DNA of 64,000 nucleotides from the NCBI GenBank assembly GCA_905178155.1, contig CAJINV010000001.1, forward strand, positions 14,381,379 through 14,445,378. The letters are read 5' to 3'. How positions within the stretch are numbered: the first letter of the stretch is position 1; each line of letters opens with the position of its first letter. Below the pieces are notes generated by a model. It was not told the DNA's origin. It made no database searches and saw only the letters and a list, made by a program, of their open reading frames with translations. Positions 60,364 through 64,000 of this stretch are shown here, piece by piece. The position numbers were made by a program, and so were the translations under genes. The stretch comes from Amoebophrya sp. A120 (lineage: Eukaryota; Protista; Dinoflagellata).

Positions 60364-63300
60364 CACTGCAAGTGGCCCGCAGGCTGCGCCAAGAAGGCCT
60401 ACACCCTAAAAATTCCGCCCAAAAACAAAACCCTGGGCCCCCCCGGTTTCTTGGCAACCCACACCCAAAACACTGCAACTTTTGCGCTTTCCCCAAATTG
60501 GGTTTCCGCTGGGATTATTGTGTTAATTTGTGGTTTAAATTTTGTTTAATTTGTGGTTTAGTTTTGCATTAAAATTTGCATTAATTTATGGGGGGCGCGA
60601 TTTCCCTCATGTTTCGCCTTGTTTTGAAATTAATGCAAATTTTATTGCAATTTTTATTGCATAGATTATTGCAAAAGTTATTGCAGAGGTCAGGCCGCGG
60701 GACCATGCGAAAAAAGTCGCAAGTCCTGCCGCCCCCTCTGCAAAAACCCTCGACCCCCGTTGGCTCACAAGAGCGCCGCTTCCAGCAAAGGGCCACGCGC
60801 TTGGCCGGGGCCGGCTCCCAATGTCTCGGCGGGCGACGTCCTACCCCCTGAAGCCCCGGGGGAAGAGCCGCGGCAAAATCAAGCCCCCGGGCCGAGCAAC
60901 ACGACCACGAAAACACCGCCCGAGAAACAACCCGACAAGGCCCGCCCCCGGCGAGAAGCCGGGGAACTTCGGCACGGCGCAGGGCAGGGCTACACCCTCG
61001 CAATGGGCACGGAACCCAAACACGGCACCCGCGGGCCACACACCAAAAGAGCAGGGCTTCCGGGCAAAGTTTCCCCCCCCGCGGACTCCGCGCGACGCTC
61101 TTCGGGAATTCCGGCAAAGCCAACCCCTGGCCAGCCAATGCCCAAAACCAACGAGACGAAACCCGGCCCCGCTTTTACATTAATGCTGTTTTACGCTGAT
61201 TTTATTGGCCCGAATTTGCCCGGGGCTGGCTGACTGACCATCGGTTGCCCCCGGCGGTCCGGCGCGGTGCCCTAGCGGTTGCTTGCAAGGCCGAGGCGAG
61301 GCGGGCCGCCCGGCCCAGCCGCCGGCTGCCAGAAATAAAGGCCGCCGCGCGGAGGCGGCGCAAGTCTTTCAGCCAACGGGCCTGCAACCAACAAGCCCCG
61401 GCCGCTCCCACGCGTGAGTCAGTGTGGCTGCCTGCGGTCGCCGGGTCGGCAAAAAAAAAAAACCGGGCTGGGCGAACAAGGGACGAACGCGCGGGGGCGA
61501 AGGCAATTGCACTCGGCGTCCTCCCACGCACACAGGCCAGCAACAGCCAGCCGAAGCGCGCGGCGCGGAAGCAACCCACATAAAATATCCATCCGTCGAG
61601 CAGGGTAGACGGCGCCATGCACGCAACAATGCAAACAAGGCGGCGCTCTGGTGGCGCGCAACACCAGCGATGGGGTGGGATGGAAGGTAAAAGCAAAGCA
61701 AAAGGCGGCGGCGGGCCCCGTCGCTGTCTTCCATGGGGCAGCTTGCTACGCCCGGGCGCCGACGGCGGGCGGGCGTCCCCACCAGGGCAGCAACCGCAAT
61801 CCGCCCAGACCGACGGACAAAACAATTTAGGCGGCCGCTTGTGGGCGCCGCCCCCCCTCCAAGCGGAGCGCGGGCACAGCAAAAAGAAACTGCGACCACA
61901 AACACAGGCGCCCACGGAGCAAGGGGGGGGATGCAGGCGCGCCACCTTCATCAGCGGCAGCGAACGTGCCGCGCGCGCGGGCACAAAGAAATGAAAGGCC
62001 CGGCTGGCCCATTCATTGTGAGGGAGGCCGGCGAGCCCCCTCGGCGCCGCGCCCGCTTTCTTGCATCCCGGGCGTTACGCTTTCCTGCCGGGCGGCCAGC
62101 CGCCTTCCGCCTTGGAACAAGGCCAGCGGGCTGCACCTGGGAAAGGCGAAACACGGAAGCCATCGAAACGATGGCGGGCCCACGCCCAACGCAAAATCGG
62201 TGCCCCAGGAAGCAGGAACACACAATGCGCGCATGCTCTTCCCGCGGACTCTCCTAACCAAGAGTGGGAGCGCGCGGTCGGGCCGTCCCGATGCCCAGGC
62301 CGGTGGCCCAAGAAATCCGGCGCCACTTTCGCACGCCCCTTCCCAAGACGGCGCCCCCCACCCTCCACCGCCTCTCTCCAACGCCACAAGAAACACAACA
62401 GAGCCTCGGGTGGGTTGCCAGAAATCGAGCAGCGCGCGGCGGTTTCTGCTATCGAACAAACAGACATGGTCCCTCCACAAGACCTCCAGGCGCGCCCGCG
62501 AGTAGCTTCACTATGTTTACGAGCGCTGACTAAATTTCATCGAGTTCAATGCTTTAAAGGCCGAAATCGATCAAATTTAGCCAGCACTTTTGTGGCTAAA
62601 GCCAGCGCGCGCGCTGGCTAAAGCCATCAGCCGGGGGGGTTAATTTTTGGCACTATGTACCTCCTTATGCGCTAGCAGAAGGAATTTTTAAGATTGCGAT
62701 TGCAATCTGTAGTCGTCGGCGGCCGCCAGGATCTTCACACATAAAAACTGATCTTGCAGCTTCGCTTTTATTTGGGGGTGGAGATCATTCGGTAATGCAC
62801 TGCTCGAGTGTGTGAACTATCTAAGTACTAAGTGAAAAGGACCAAATTTCAACATTCACTAATGGATTCAGAGCCCCCTTTATTCGATTTTGTGTTCCTC
62901 TGAGCAGGAGCAGCGCGTGCATTCTTCCGTCAAGATGCACAAGCCTCCTGACATGAATCATGATCATGATCATCCTCATGATTAATTTGAATTTCCATAT
63001 CAAGAATGCCTCGGCCGTTGGTTCTGGTATCGATGCTAGCTTAAGAGATCTCGATTGAAAATGAAACGGACTCCAGAATCATCCTCATCGTGGGGGACCA
63101 AACGTCAATAGATGGATCAACTGCTAACTCGCACGACGATTTCAAGCGACAAACGAAGGCTCAAGTTCACCTTCGCCGGAGCCCTCCGTACACGGACGAC
63201 TGGAATTGAAGGCGTCACTACATCCCACATGCGTGGAGACACCATGTTTGCGTGTTCTTGTAACTACCGCAAATGCAAGGCTACCGCTTTGTGTTTTTTG

Positions 63301-63484
63301 TTCAGAGGTGGGAAAAAACAACTGTATGTTCGAAAAGAAAATGAAACTGTACTCCTAGGATTGCGCGAACGCCGAATCTGGACAGTCGTCAATATCGGTA
63401 AGACCCAGCGCATCCATGCAAAAGCTCGGAGTCCGTCAACTCAAGCAGGCCGACGCGGTACAGCACAGAGGAACTGGATATTTA

Positions 63485-64000
63485 TCACGACAAAAAAAAA
63501 ACTACGCACATGCATACAAAATAGGCACTGCAAGTGCAAGACGTGAGCTGACTCCGAACTTCAGCAGGCAAAGGATAAACGTCGAGCCCGGCGCTAGTAA
63601 CCTGCATCCAGGGGAAGGCCCAGACGTTGGGGAGCCCGTAGTGCGCCACCCCCGGAAAAACCTCGGACCCGTCTTTGCGCTGCCAGCGAAAGGGCGGCTG
63701 GCCGGCGGTGGTCGGCCCGGACTTGGCCTGCACGCTCATGACGCGTGCGAGGCAGTGGTTGACCAGCTTCGCGTCGATGGCGCCGTTGGGAATAGGGTTT
63801 TGCCTTGCCAGATCCATCCGTGCGGCCACGTCGTGACCGGGCGACGTGGGTCCCGGCCAGGCACCCCACTTGTTCTCCACTAGAAGTCCCCGCATGTCGA
63901 GCAGTGACCCGGGTGCCGCGGCCGTCAGAATCTTCATCCGCGGCGCATTTGTCGCCGAATACAGGTCCCCGTGCGACTTTTCCGCTGCGGCAAAGCCCGT
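63485..64000 (-). CDS. Phospholipase B-like (PLBD) protein, C-terminal part
   Basis: VAARMDL..NGAIDAKL..KSGPT..QPPFRW..HYGLPNVWAFPW match the PLBD C-terminal motifs; gene continues beyond the window. Confidence 0.85.
   Translation of the reverse strand, partial: TGFAAAEKSHGDLYSATNAPRMKILTAAAPGSLLDMRGLLVENKWGAWPGPTSPGHDVAARMDLARQNPIPNGAIDAKLVNHCLARVMSVQAKSGPTTAGQPPFRWQRKDGSEVFPGVAHYGLPNVWAFPWMQVTSAGLDVYPLPAEVRSQLTSCTCSAYFVCMCVVFFLS

Larger units (their letters stand above)
56025..62667 (+). mobile_element. hAT-like DNA transposon (6643 bp, ~56-bp imperfect TIRs, 8-bp TSD TGCGCTAG)
   Basis: TSD at 56017-56024 and 62668-62675; TIR ta(t/a)g(a/g)aggtacat..caaaaattaaccccccc..gatggctttagccagcgc; abrupt GC-rich interior. 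Confidence 0.88.

Noticed and set aside
56070-62621. Many 100-360 aa ORFs in the GC-rich element
   Set aside because: Arg/Gly/Pro/Ala-rich ORFs on all frames are expected from stop-poor composition; no coherent protein apart from the transposase remnants

Overview
Eukaryotic, intron-containing genomic DNA. All ~15 recognisable host genes lie on the minus strand. This co-orientation, the low-complexity-rich divergent proteins and the non-canonical introns suggest a dinoflagellate/Syndiniales genome of the Amoebophrya type (inferred, not verified). Host genes include a ZIP metal transporter, a U-box-like protein, an alpha/beta hydrolase, a PH-domain protein, an ODF3/SHIPPO-like protein, ERCC1, a double SMP-C2 extended-synaptotagmin-like protein, a DEAD-box helicase, a GORAB-like protein and a phospholipase B-like protein. 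Main observation: ten terminal-inverted-repeat elements of 109-1388 bp share 5'-TAY...RTA-3' ends (one end reads TGT) and a 5-bp target-site duplication (TSD). Nine interrupt coding sequence. In all nine, removing the element plus one TSD copy restores the reading frame, and no such junction gives a GT/GC/GA-AG intron, so they appear to be transposon-derived non-canonical introns (introners). Removing five of them from one locus reveals a hidden ~2190-aa CHAT (caspase-like)-STAND NTPase-TPR protein with an NLR-like architecture. A 6.6-kb hAT-like transposon with an 8-bp TSD and a nested TIR element lies near the right end. All domain calls are by eye and need HMM and RNA-seq confirmation.
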